A stretch of DNA of 64,000 nucleotides from a virus (taxonomy: Duplodnaviria > Caudoviricetes), in IMG/VR virus record IMGVR_UViG_2556921664_000001, positions 8,766 to 72,765 of that record. One strand, 5' to 3'. The notes under the pieces were generated by a model. It did no database searches. It saw only the letters and a program-made list of their open reading frames with translations, and was not told the origin of the DNA. Position 1 is the first letter of the stretch; each line of letters begins with the position of its first letter. Below, piece by piece: positions 18,499-26,584 of this stretch. A program made the translations under genes and the position numbers.

Positions 18499-19396
18499 AA
18501 TTATCCCCCCTATAATTTTCCCAAAACCTTAAATCAGCAGACCAGTTAGGATCAAAGAAAACATCCAAAACCTTGACATCCTTGTACTCGTCCAAAAATG
18601 GCTGTCTGAGCAGTTCATCCTGTTCCTCAGAATTTAAATAAACAAGCTGGCTTCGTAATATTTCAGTTGGAGCAACACCTTCCTGTATCAAAACATGCCC
18701 TCTCATTACCTGCTGCTGAATATTTTTTTCATTGTCCCAGTAGCTGTGTAATCTGCCAGGCAACAAAATACCGATAATAATGCTTAAAAGCAGACTCAAT
18801 ACAGTCAGCAGGCACACACATATAATGCTTTCTGGTGGATTATTCAAACCAATAATTGTGCGAATAGCAAGATCCAGCCCTCCAGCTATTCCCCCAAGCA
18901 GTCCTATTACCAATATACTCATTCCCAACTGCCTCAAGATATTAATTTTTTCATAAATTTTCTGACGGCCGATTGAACCAGCACGCTGCAACGCTCCTTT
19001 AATATCCTCCGGTTTATAGCCATTGAGAACCATTTTTTTGCCCATGTGATATACAAAATTCGGATAATTTTTATCCAAGGAAAATTCAACAGCCGAAGTG
19101 ATTCCCCTCCTTCTGAGAACCCAACATGCCGTAAGAAATAATCTTGCCAAAAATAGAGATTCGCCCTGCATTCTGTTTTGAAGTGGTAGATCACTGGCAA
19201 AAACTTCTTTCCACTTGGCGTTAAAGGATACTGCTGAAAAAACGACAAAGCCTATGCCAAGATATGTGATTAATACAGGCCAAAGGTTATCCAAATACAG
19301 CGTAGCTGTTGCTCCACCGATAAACAGGATAACTCCGAGGATAATATACCATTCTGTTTCCATATTTCTTTTCATAGCAATTCCCTTTCCTTTCAT
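18488..19396 (-). CDS. Divergent MotA/TolQ/ExbB-like membrane protein with no MotB partner
   Basis: Four TM segments. The cytoplasmic loop MGKKMVLNGYKPEDIKGALQ and the tail GHVLIQEGVAPTEILRSQL resemble the MotA GLQLVVDG.DP and EG.L.IQ.G.NP motifs. Confidence 0.65.
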   Translation of the reverse strand: MKGKGIAMKRNMETEWYIILGVILFIGGATATLYLDNLWPVLITYLGIGFVVFSAVSFNAKWKEVFASDLPLQNRMQGESLFLARLFLTACWVLRRRGITSAVEFSLDKNYPNFVYHMGKKMVLNGYKPEDIKGALQRAGSIGRQKIYEKINILRQLGMSILVIGLLGGIAGGLDLAIRTIIGLNNPPESIICVCLLTVLSLLLSIIIGILLPGRLHSYWDNEKNIQQQVMRGHVLIQEGVAPTEILRSQLVYLNSEEQDELLRQPFLDEYKDVKVLDVFFDPNWSADLRFWENYRGDNYEH

Positions 19397-19399
19397 TTA

Positions 19400-21526
19400 C
19401 TACATCATGCAAAAACCAATTTGATGTTTTTCAGCTGGCTCCGAACCAAAAAATTCGTTTTTAAAATCATTAATAGTAAGATTTTTAATCATTTGTCTGT
19501 CAATATTTTCAGCGGAATAAGAATTGACCAGATATTCAGCGTGAGAAAGTACAGCAGCCTCCAACACATTGCGAACAAATCGGCCATTGCCAAAATCCTT
19601 TTTATCAGAAGCTTTTTGGAACAGTTCACGGCAATAATCCATGCTTTCCTCATCCAGCCTGTATCCCTGCTCTTCTGCCATGCACTCAAGAATTCTGCAC
19701 AACTCATGTGCATCATAGTCAGAAAAGTCCAGATGAAACGCTATACGGCTTCTTAGGCCAACATTACGTTCAATAAATGATTTCATTGGCTGTGGGTATC
19801 CTGCAAAAATAACCAGCACATTTTCCCGGCGATTTTCCATTTCCTGCACAATGGTATTTATAGCTTCATCCCCATATAGTCCCTGTCGTTCATCCACCAG
19901 AGAATATGCTTCATCAATAAATAGTATTCCCCCTTCAGCTTCATCAAATTTTTTGATTACAATAGGAGCTGTGTGCCCTACAAACTTGCCTATCAGATCA
20001 GCCCTTCCACACTCCACGAAAGCGCCGGTGGAAAGAATATTACGCTCCTTCAGTATGCCGGCCAGCAGACGTGCCACTGTGGTTTTTGCAGTACCCGGAT
20101 TACCGGTAAAAACCATGTGCAGGGCAGGCTTTTTAAGTTCTATTCCTTTTTTCTTTTGGATCGCCTGTATCTGATGTACAGCCAATATGCGATCAACTAA
20201 TTTTTTTACCTCCTTTAAGCCAATTAATTGCTGCAACTGTTCATAGGAATTATTTTCTACTTTTTCCTCTATTGTTTTATCAGCCGCCTTGATTCTGCGA
20301 TAAGCAGGGTAATGCTCCCATCTTATTAACTCATCAGCAGCTTTTTCGTAGGCTTCCCAGGCTTCTGTTACAGAATACGTTTTTCCGGCTGTAAAGACGT
20401 TTTTCAGTTCCTTGGCCGTGAATTTCCGTTGTCCACGACTAATGGCCAAATAATTTATATACTTTTTCGCTTGTTTTTCCCCTCCAACCCCTTCACTTAT
20501 AGTGACAAAATCAATCGCACCATTTAAGGATTCAATAAAACATCTGGTAGCATCAAGTTCTTTCTTGGCTGGTACAACCAGAATAAACAGCGTATTATTC
20601 CTATGCTGCTTTATTTCAGATACCAGATTATCAATATAATCTTCATGAAATGCATGTTTAAAATGTCCGCCTTTTCCTCTTTTTGTATCCATCCCCTCTG
20701 ACATATACAGTACCATGGTTGATTGCTGGGCCAAGGAAACGATAGAATTCCAAAAAGAAATTTTACTGTCGTGAGGTACAAAATCATAAAAAGAAAAGAT
20801 CCTTTTACTTTTAAGCCGATTCCTTGCATAAAGAGCAGATACCAAAAGGTCAATCATTTCCTGGGCTGTTTCTTGTCTTTCAGCCTGTATTATATAGTGA
20901 ACAGGATGGCCCCAAAATTCATTGCTGTTTTGAGCATCGTATATCCTGTCCAGCTCATCCCGTAAACTTTGATGGGCCATAATATTTTCCGCCTGATGTA
21001 TTGCATTATTGAGTTTTTTGGGAATGGCAGAAACTATATTTTCTTCAATACGATATTGCTTATGAACCGTCGAGTTTTTATTTTCAAAGTACTCCATGGA
21101 AAAATAATTCAAAATGGACCAGTGTGCTCTGATCAAATCTTCTTTATATCCCATTTTCACACACTCACAAAAATCCGAGCAGGTAATTTCTCTCAAATTT
21201 GTAATAAAGATACTTCTGATTCCGGAAATTTTATTATCAAAAATCATTTTTATCCGTTCTTCTACTTTGCTGAAATCCTCAAATTTCTGTTCCCGGTTGT
21301 GGGCCAATATCACACTGATCTTTTTAGCGTTATTATCTATATGATATACAAAGATACTCTGCCCTTCTTCGGCAATTTCCTTCCCCATGTCCATGTTAAT
21401 ATCCCTGAAAGCATCCCGATTATCTTTCCTGGATGCAGTTGATGCAGACTGTTTTGCTTCTGATTCCTCACTCACAGGAATATCCGTAATTTCTTCATAC
21501 TGTAAGTCAAAGTGGTATAGCAGCAT
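19400..21526 (-). CDS. SpoVK/CbbX/EccA-like AAA+ ATPase with a long N-terminal region
   Basis: LHMVFTGNPGTAKTTVAR, LIGKFVGHTA, GILFIDEAYSL, IFAGY, GLRSR, FGNGRFVRN. Confidence 0.9.
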   Translation of the reverse strand: MLLYHFDLQYEEITDIPVSEESEAKQSASTASRKDNRDAFRDINMDMGKEIAEEGQSIFVYHIDNNAKKISVILAHNREQKFEDFSKVEERIKMIFDNKISGIRSIFITNLREITCSDFCECVKMGYKEDLIRAHWSILNYFSMEYFENKNSTVHKQYRIEENIVSAIPKKLNNAIHQAENIMAHQSLRDELDRIYDAQNSNEFWGHPVHYIIQAERQETAQEMIDLLVSALYARNRLKSKRIFSFYDFVPHDSKISFWNSIVSLAQQSTMVLYMSEGMDTKRGKGGHFKHAFHEDYIDNLVSEIKQHRNNTLFILVVPAKKELDATRCFIESLNGAIDFVTISEGVGGEKQAKKYINYLAISRGQRKFTAKELKNVFTAGKTYSVTEAWEAYEKAADELIRWEHYPAYRRIKAADKTIEEKVENNSYEQLQQLIGLKEVKKLVDRILAVHQIQAIQKKKGIELKKPALHMVFTGNPGTAKTTVARLLAGILKERNILSTGAFVECGRADLIGKFVGHTAPIVIKKFDEAEGGILFIDEAYSLVDERQGLYGDEAINTIVQEMENRRENVLVIFAGYPQPMKSFIERNVGLRSRIAFHLDFSDYDAHELCRILECMAEEQGYRLDEESMDYCRELFQKASDKKDFGNGRFVRNVLEAAVLSHAEYLVNSYSAENIDRQMIKNLTINDFKNEFFGSEPAEKHQIGFCMM

Positions 21527-21786
21527 TTTTCTTCCTCCTCAAATTTTGTCTCTGTTAATCTTTGGTTTAATTAAACCAAAACATTTTACATCTGTCAAGA
21601 TTTAAAAAAATCATTTTATACATTTTCTTTTGAGTGCCATAAACCATACCGCATGTAACAGTTAAACAAGCCTGTAAATGCCGTTTTATTGGCATGTGAA
21701 AAAAGTATTTTAAAATGCACGATAAATTTTTCTTGACAAAGATGTGTTTTTTTGGTTTATTTAAACTATAGATTGGAGGAACGGAT

Positions 21787-23568
21787 ATGGAGACTAAAAT
21801 AATCGATAAATTACTTTCCCTGGGATTGCGCCGTATTTGCAGGATTTTAAATGACTGTTTACGGTCTGACTATGCAGATACAAGGCCAGAAGCAATGTTT
21901 GCCTTAGCGGCGTCAGCATATTCCAAAAAGCTTGAAGCATTAAATCTGCTTTCACCTGATACATTTGAAAAACGCATTTCCGATGAAGATACCAGATCAT
22001 ACATGAGAGAATTCTCTCAGCAGCATGAGGGTATCATTGAAGAAATAATACAAAAATTAAGCATTGAAGAATTACAGGCTGCACTTTTGTTTGGAAATAA
22101 TGACTCTGTTATGAGTACATTGAAAACGCTCCCAGCCAGCGCAGCCCGTCTTTCCCTTAAATTATTGGATATACAGGACGGTGACAGTATATTAAATATT
22201 GCTTCCGGAAGAGGAATTTTCTTGCGGGAAGCTATTTTTCAAAATTCAAATATTAAATCATTTGCCCTTGATAGCAACCGCTCCATGTGTCGCATATTAA
22301 ATATCCTTTCAGCCTGCATGGGATGGAACATCAATGTACAGGGGGGTGATATTTTCTCCAGCGATTTAAAATCAATAAAAGCCAATAAGCTCTTTATTGA
22401 TGCACCGCTAGAAGAAAAAGAGATGGACTGGGAAAAATTCCATAACGAAATCGAAAATGATCCTTCGTTCAAGGATTTGGACTTTAATAACATACCTACG
22501 AAGCTGACAACCATGTGGTTTAAGATTATTTCGGCCCTTCGCTTTCAAGCTAAAAAAGCACGAGCCGTTGCAATTATTCGCGACAACTCGGATTTAATTG
22601 GTCCCGATACGGAAATCCTACGCAAAAAGCTAATAAACGAAGGACGTATTGAAGCAGTTATTTCATTACCGGAAAAATTGGATTATAACCGCTCCCCCAT
22701 TTATCTTGTAGTGTTTAGTACCAATAATTCTTCCGTTCGTTTGGTGGATGCCCATGAAATATATACTTCAGCGGATGAGGAACCACCTCAGAAAAAGGTA
22801 TCCATCGGACTTCATCCCCTTCAGACGTTAAAGGAGAAGGATATCGAGGAAATCTTGCAGGAATTAAAGACAGACAGTTCCATCAGCCGCTCTTTTTCCA
22901 ATAAGGAATTGGCTCTCCGCAATTACAAACTGTTGCCAGATGTGGAATACTGGAACAATGATGACTACTGCAGAAGCCTTGCCAATTCGACAATGCCGGC
23001 TATAAAGGAAATCTGTCAGATATATCGCGGCGACATTACTGCCAATGCCAAGAATTTAAAAAATTCCTTCAGTGAAGCTCCTACGGATTTCCAGTATCTT
23101 CAGCTAAAGGATGTACAGGAAGGTATTATTAAAACACCGCTGCAATATCTGAAAAGCATAGATGAAAAGCAGTATCCTTTCTGTGTAGAAAAAGATATTT
23201 TGGTCATGGGCAGAAATGCCCCAATAAGAATAGGATTTTTACAAGTACCCGAAAACACAAAGGTATTATTGAGCGGTAATATATATGCCCTACAAACAAA
23301 TGAGGAAATATATGACCCTGTTTACCTGATGTTATATTTGCAAAGTGATGATGGCATGAGGCAACTTTCTCATATTCTTAGAGGCAGGACTGCAATGCAG
23401 ACCATCGCCTTAAGGGATTTGGAGCAGGTTAAGATACCACTTATACCATTGGAAGAACAAAAGGCTGTTGTGGCAAAATTCTGGGAGCTGCAGGAAAATC
23501 TCCAACAACTTCTCGACAAAACAAACCAGATAAGAGCTTCCATCCGTCAGTTGGTAACAGTTGTTTAG
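21787..23568 (+). CDS. HsdM-like N6-methyltransferase fold fused to an HsdS-like TRD; catalytic motif degenerate
   Basis: Motif I LNIASGRGIFL; motif IV reads IDAPL instead of NPP(F/Y); GRIEAVISLPEK is HsdM-like; the C-terminal IKEICQIYRG...VKIPLIPLEEQKAVV is HsdS-like. Confidence 0.8.
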   Translation: METKIIDKLLSLGLRRICRILNDCLRSDYADTRPEAMFALAASAYSKKLEALNLLSPDTFEKRISDEDTRSYMREFSQQHEGIIEEIIQKLSIEELQAALLFGNNDSVMSTLKTLPASAARLSLKLLDIQDGDSILNIASGRGIFLREAIFQNSNIKSFALDSNRSMCRILNILSACMGWNINVQGGDIFSSDLKSIKANKLFIDAPLEEKEMDWEKFHNEIENDPSFKDLDFNNIPTKLTTMWFKIISALRFQAKKARAVAIIRDNSDLIGPDTEILRKKLINEGRIEAVISLPEKLDYNRSPIYLVVFSTNNSSVRLVDAHEIYTSADEEPPQKKVSIGLHPLQTLKEKDIEEILQELKTDSSISRSFSNKELALRNYKLLPDVEYWNNDDYCRSLANSTMPAIKEICQIYRGDITANAKNLKNSFSEAPTDFQYLQLKDVQEGIIKTPLQYLKSIDEKQYPFCVEKDILVMGRNAPIRIGFLQVPENTKVLLSGNIYALQTNEEIYDPVYLMLYLQSDDGMRQLSHILRGRTAMQTIALRDLEQVKIPLIPLEEQKAVVAKFWELQENLQQLLDKTNQIRASIRQLVTVV

Positions 23569-23649
23569 GAGGTGAAAAAACATATCTAGCTATGTAGTTG
23601 AAGAGTTATTATGATGATAATTTTGTTTAGTGTATAGGAGGAGTTATTT

Positions 23650-23838
23650 ATGAGTTCATCAAGTGTAGATTACCGGATTTGTGTAACATGCAGAAATTGG
23701 GGCGGTTACAGAAAAACAGACGCATGTAAAATGTGGATAGAATACGACAACAATGAAGAAGGTTATTGTGCAAACTGGCAGTCGGACAAAACGGCTGACA
23801 ATACATGCAGTGGGTGGGAACCATTATACAATTCCTGA
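23650..23838 (+). CDS. Small Cys-rich, probably Zn-binding protein (62 aa)
   Basis: CVTCRNWGG...C...YC...C..W; AGGAG RBS. Confidence 0.7.
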   Translation: MSSSSVDYRICVTCRNWGGYRKTDACKMWIEYDNNEEGYCANWQSDKTADNTCSGWEPLYNS

Positions 23839-23891
23839 TAAACCGTTCTATATGAAGTGAATCAGTTTTTCAAAGCAATATAAAGATAAAA

Positions 23892-23938
23892 AATGGGCTG
23901 TCGCGTTTTGATAATTTTTCAACATGCGACAGCCCATT
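23892..23938. repeat. 13-bp inverted repeat (terminator or REP-like hairpin)
   Basis: AATGGGCTGTCGC...GCGACAGCCCATT. Confidence 0.65.
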
Positions 23939-24094
23939 CAACCCTAAAGGATTTTTCTGAAACTATTAAGGGATACGCCAAGATTAAAACGTGTTTAAAT
24001 CGGCAGAAATAGATTATAAACGTCAATCATAATTTGAGCCACATTTAGATTAGCATTTATAATAGATAGTTGATAACTATGTGCAGGTGATAAT

Positions 24095-24616
24095 ATGAAG
24101 AAATTGCTGAATGTAAGGGAAGTTAGAAAAATTGTGTTCGGAAGCCCGTCTGCTCAATTGAGAGATAAAACAAATTCTATTACAGAAATCTCAAAAGCAA
24201 TTAACCACTATAAAAATAAACTTCATGAATTATCGGATGAAGATTATAAAAAAATTGTTGCTCTGGCCGAAAATGCCAAACCAGACTTTGCCCATTACGG
24301 TTGTTATTATGCAGGAGAAAATGAAATATTCTTCGTCGTAGAATTTTATAAATTTAACACTAATAGCAATATAGAAAATTGCTTATTTGTTATCATTGCA
24401 AAACCGTTTACATGTGAGTTTTGTGGCGGCAAAACCGCCAATGATGTAATTGTAGATTATAACGGTGAGATTGAAAGTGATTGTTTCTTTGGAAATTATG
24501 CAAATTTTGTTTCTAAAAATGAAATAGCGATTAACAAGAGAACCATAAAATTAATTAAAAATATTCCAATTGATACTGTGCCTGAAGAATTTTATGCTAT
24601 GATGAATAATGTGTGA
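24095..24616 (+). CDS. Hypothetical protein (173 aa)
   Basis: ORF with GCAGGTG RBS, convergent with the lysis cassette. Confidence 0.65.
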   Translation: MKKLLNVREVRKIVFGSPSAQLRDKTNSITEISKAINHYKNKLHELSDEDYKKIVALAENAKPDFAHYGCYYAGENEIFFVVEFYKFNTNSNIENCLFVIIAKPFTCEFCGGKTANDVIVDYNGEIESDCFFGNYANFVSKNEIAINKRTIKLIKNIPIDTVPEEFYAMMNNV

Positions 24617-24690
24617 ATAATACTGGGGAGCCCATTCTAAGGAAATAATTATGAAGACCTCGGCAACTACTGCAACCAATAAAAAAAGCA

Positions 24691-24720
24691 GGCCCCATCA
24701 GAGAACTCTCCGACGGGGCC
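24691..24720 (-). terminator. Terminator of the late/lysis transcript
   Basis: GGCCCC...GGGGCC stem followed on the minus strand by a run of seven T. Confidence 0.75.
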
Positions 24721-24725
24721 ACAAA

Positions 24726-25145
24726 TCATTTTCCTATACAAACGCAAAGCAGCAGTCCGGCTATGATCCAGGCTGCTGTTTTCACTTGCTTGGCTCTATT
24801 CAGTTTTGCTTGCTCCTCTTTCTCGAACTGTTTTAAGGATGCTCTGGCAGTCTCTAATGAGTTCTCCTGCTCTATCATTTCCTTCCTTAAGCTGTAGATT
24901 TGATTTTGTAGCTTCTCGGACTCCTGCTCTGCCCGACTCAATTTCTCCTCGGACTCCTGCAGCTGTATCTGCTGCTGACTCAACATCTCTGATTGTCTGT
25001 CGTTCAAGTCGGATAGCTCCATCAAGTTGTTCTCTAAATGTGTCAACTCCGACTCCGTTATCTGGTACGTTGCTTCTGAGGCAAAGGACAACTGCGGCAC
25101 CGATAATAAAACCAATAACAACAACCACCAATATCTTTTTAACAT
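24726..25145 (-). CDS. Spanin-like coiled-coil protein with signal peptide and C-terminal hydrophobic anchor (139 aa)
   Basis: MLKRYWWLLLLVLLSVPQLSFA signal, long heptad region, AAWIIAGLLLCVCIGK tail; lies downstream of the endolysin. Confidence 0.65.
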   Translation of the reverse strand: MLKRYWWLLLLVLLSVPQLSFASEATYQITESELTHLENNLMELSDLNDRQSEMLSQQQIQLQESEEKLSRAEQESEKLQNQIYSLRKEMIEQENSLETARASLKQFEKEEQAKLNRAKQVKTAAWIIAGLLLCVCIGK

Positions 25146-25149
25146 TCAT
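24796..25149 (-). CDS. i-spanin-like protein with N-terminal TM and coiled coil (117 aa), overlapping the 139-aa gene in another frame
   Basis: MNVKKILVVVVIGFIIGAAVVLCL TM segment; its ATG is 4 nt before the other ATG, and both share one GGAGG. Confidence 0.6.
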   Translation of the reverse strand: MNVKKILVVVVIGFIIGAAVVLCLRSNVPDNGVGVDTFREQLDGAIRLERQTIRDVESAADTAAGVRGEIESGRAGVREATKSNLQLKEGNDRAGELIRDCQSILKTVRERGASKTE

Positions 25150-25159
25150 AAGCCCTCCA

Positions 25160-25696
25160 TCACATATAGTCCGTTACACCGCGGGCAATGGCCCTCGCAA
25201 ACTCATCCTGGTTAAACCGTAAAAGCTTCTCATCATCCTCATTGGAAATAAATGCCAACTCCACAAGGACTGCTGGCATATCCGTATTGGTAAGGACATA
25301 GAGTCCGTTCTTACCCGGGGTTGCCATCTTAACTCCCCTGTCCACGGTTCCAAGGTGATCTACAATCTGGGACTGGATGCATTCAGCCAGATGCTTTCCA
25401 TCACTGGAACCAGCACAGTACCATGTTTCAGTTCCCTCCGCATATGGGGACTCCACACTGTTACAGTGAATGGAAATAAAAAGATCTGCATCAAGGTTAT
25501 TAGCCTCACTGCAGACCTCATATAATTCATCACTCTGTAACACAGCAGTTTCAATCCCCACGGCATTAAGGTAATGCTCTACCAGCTTACCAACGCTTAG
25601 TACCACATCACATTCCCTAAGACCTGTGACATCACTTACCGCCCCCGGATCTGGTACTCCATTTGGCGCATGGCCTGGATTAATAAATACCTTCAT
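25160..25696 (-). CDS. Endolysin, N-acetylmuramoyl-L-alanine amidase (Amidase_3 type)
   Basis: INPGH, E, ISIHCN and LVELAFISN zinc-amidase motifs; no cell-wall-binding domain. Confidence 0.92.
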   Translation of the reverse strand: MKVFINPGHAPNGVPDPGAVSDVTGLRECDVVLSVGKLVEHYLNAVGIETAVLQSDELYEVCSEANNLDADLFISIHCNSVESPYAEGTETWYCAGSSDGKHLAECIQSQIVDHLGTVDRGVKMATPGKNGLYVLTNTDMPAVLVELAFISNEDDEKLLRFNQDEFARAIARGVTDYM

Positions 25697-25697
25697 A

Positions 25698-25871
25698 TTA
25701 CTTCTCTCCTCTCTTTTCAACATGGTGCTTTCCAGCACCGCCAATATAACCTAAAAGACCGCTGGCAATACTCATGCTAAGCTCATTAAGATTTGAGTAA
25801 ATGGCTATGATGAGAGCTGCGGATAAGGCTACAACTACAACCAAGTCTGTAACATTAATTCTTTCTATCAC
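25698..25871 (-). CDS. Holin-like two-TM protein
   Basis: Two hydrophobic segments and a basic C-terminus; GTG start at 25871 with GGAGGT RBS; directly upstream of the endolysin. Confidence 0.65.
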   Translation of the reverse strand: MIERINVTDLVVVVALSAALIIAIYSNLNELSMSIASGLLGYIGGAGKHHVEKRGEK

Positions 25872-26340
25872 TATGACCACCTCCGACATCAAAAGGGGAA
25901 ACAATAGGCACGTCCTGGTCAATCGGAAGGTTCATCATTTCATCAAAGAAATACTCCCCATCACCATTGCCACCGAATTCGTCATGATAGCATTTGTACA
26001 TATCCCGGATATTATTTCTTGCGGTGATGGTAATACTCCCACGCTCAATAAAGGCACGACAGGACTGAATAATCCTATCCCTGAGAAGGACAAGGCCACC
26101 CTTACAGATACGGTCAACCCCTATCTGGAGAGCCCTTATCTCCTTTTTCATCTCAGCATTCTGATTGTTGATTTCTTCCTGCCAGGCTATAAACTTCTTC
26201 TGATTTTCCATCATTTCCATAAATAGCTGTTCTTTCTTTGCCACTGCCTCATCATGCTTATTTGCCATGCTCTGGGCTCGGCCAGAAAAGAAACTAAGCA
26301 CTGCCGTGGCCAGCATAATGAGAATCTGCTCTGATGTCAT
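25855..26340 (-). CDS. Lysis-region membrane-anchored phage protein (161 aa)
   Basis: N-terminal TM, coiled coil, and an LLRDRI...Y..YH..GGNG motif typical of siphophage pre-holin genes. Confidence 0.65.
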   Translation of the reverse strand: MTSEQILIMLATAVLSFFSGRAQSMANKHDEAVAKKEQLFMEMMENQKKFIAWQEEINNQNAEMKKEIRALQIGVDRICKGGLVLLRDRIIQSCRAFIERGSITITARNNIRDMYKCYHDEFGGNGDGEYFFDEMMNLPIDQDVPIVSPFDVGGGHSDRKN

Positions 26341-26344
26341 TTAA

Positions 26345-26584
26345 TCACGCTCCTATAATTACTGCTTGTGAATTTGATGTAAGCTGGCACCACACCATTG
26401 CTCCCGGATACATATTTACCTGAGTGCCGGCTATTGCATGGTAGGTCTTTCCCTCAATAAGGACAGTATCTCTTGAGACCATAGTTCCCCGCAAAGCCCC
26501 GATATTGGTTGACTTCTTGTTGGCTACATCCAATATTGCTTTAACTGCGTCATGTAGTTTTTGTAAATTATCCATTTTCAACAC
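26345..26584 (-). CDS. Small tail-associated protein (79 aa)
   Basis: Short beta-rich region similar to the N-terminus of the upstream 607-aa ORF. Confidence 0.6.
   Translation of the reverse strand: MLKMDNLQKLHDAVKAILDVANKKSTNIGALRGTMVSRDTVLIEGKTYHAIAGTQVNMYPGAMVWCQLTSNSQAVIIGA

Noticed and set aside
17887-21526. Zorya system or flagellar motAB
   Set aside because: No MotB/ZorB (OmpA-domain) gene, no long ZorA tail, and no ZorC/D/E-like neighbours.
21787-23568. Complete type I or type IIG restriction-modification system
   Set aside because: No HsdR or nuclease domain, and the catalytic methylase motif is degenerate.
23892-24070. IS end or remnant around the GGGCTGTCGC inverted repeat
   Set aside because: No transposase fragment, partner end or target duplication could be identified; kept only as a hairpin.
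24747-24782. GCAGCAG/CTGCTG hairpin as the lysis terminator
   Set aside because: It lies inside the 139-aa coding sequence; the U-tailed hairpin at 24691-24720 fits better.
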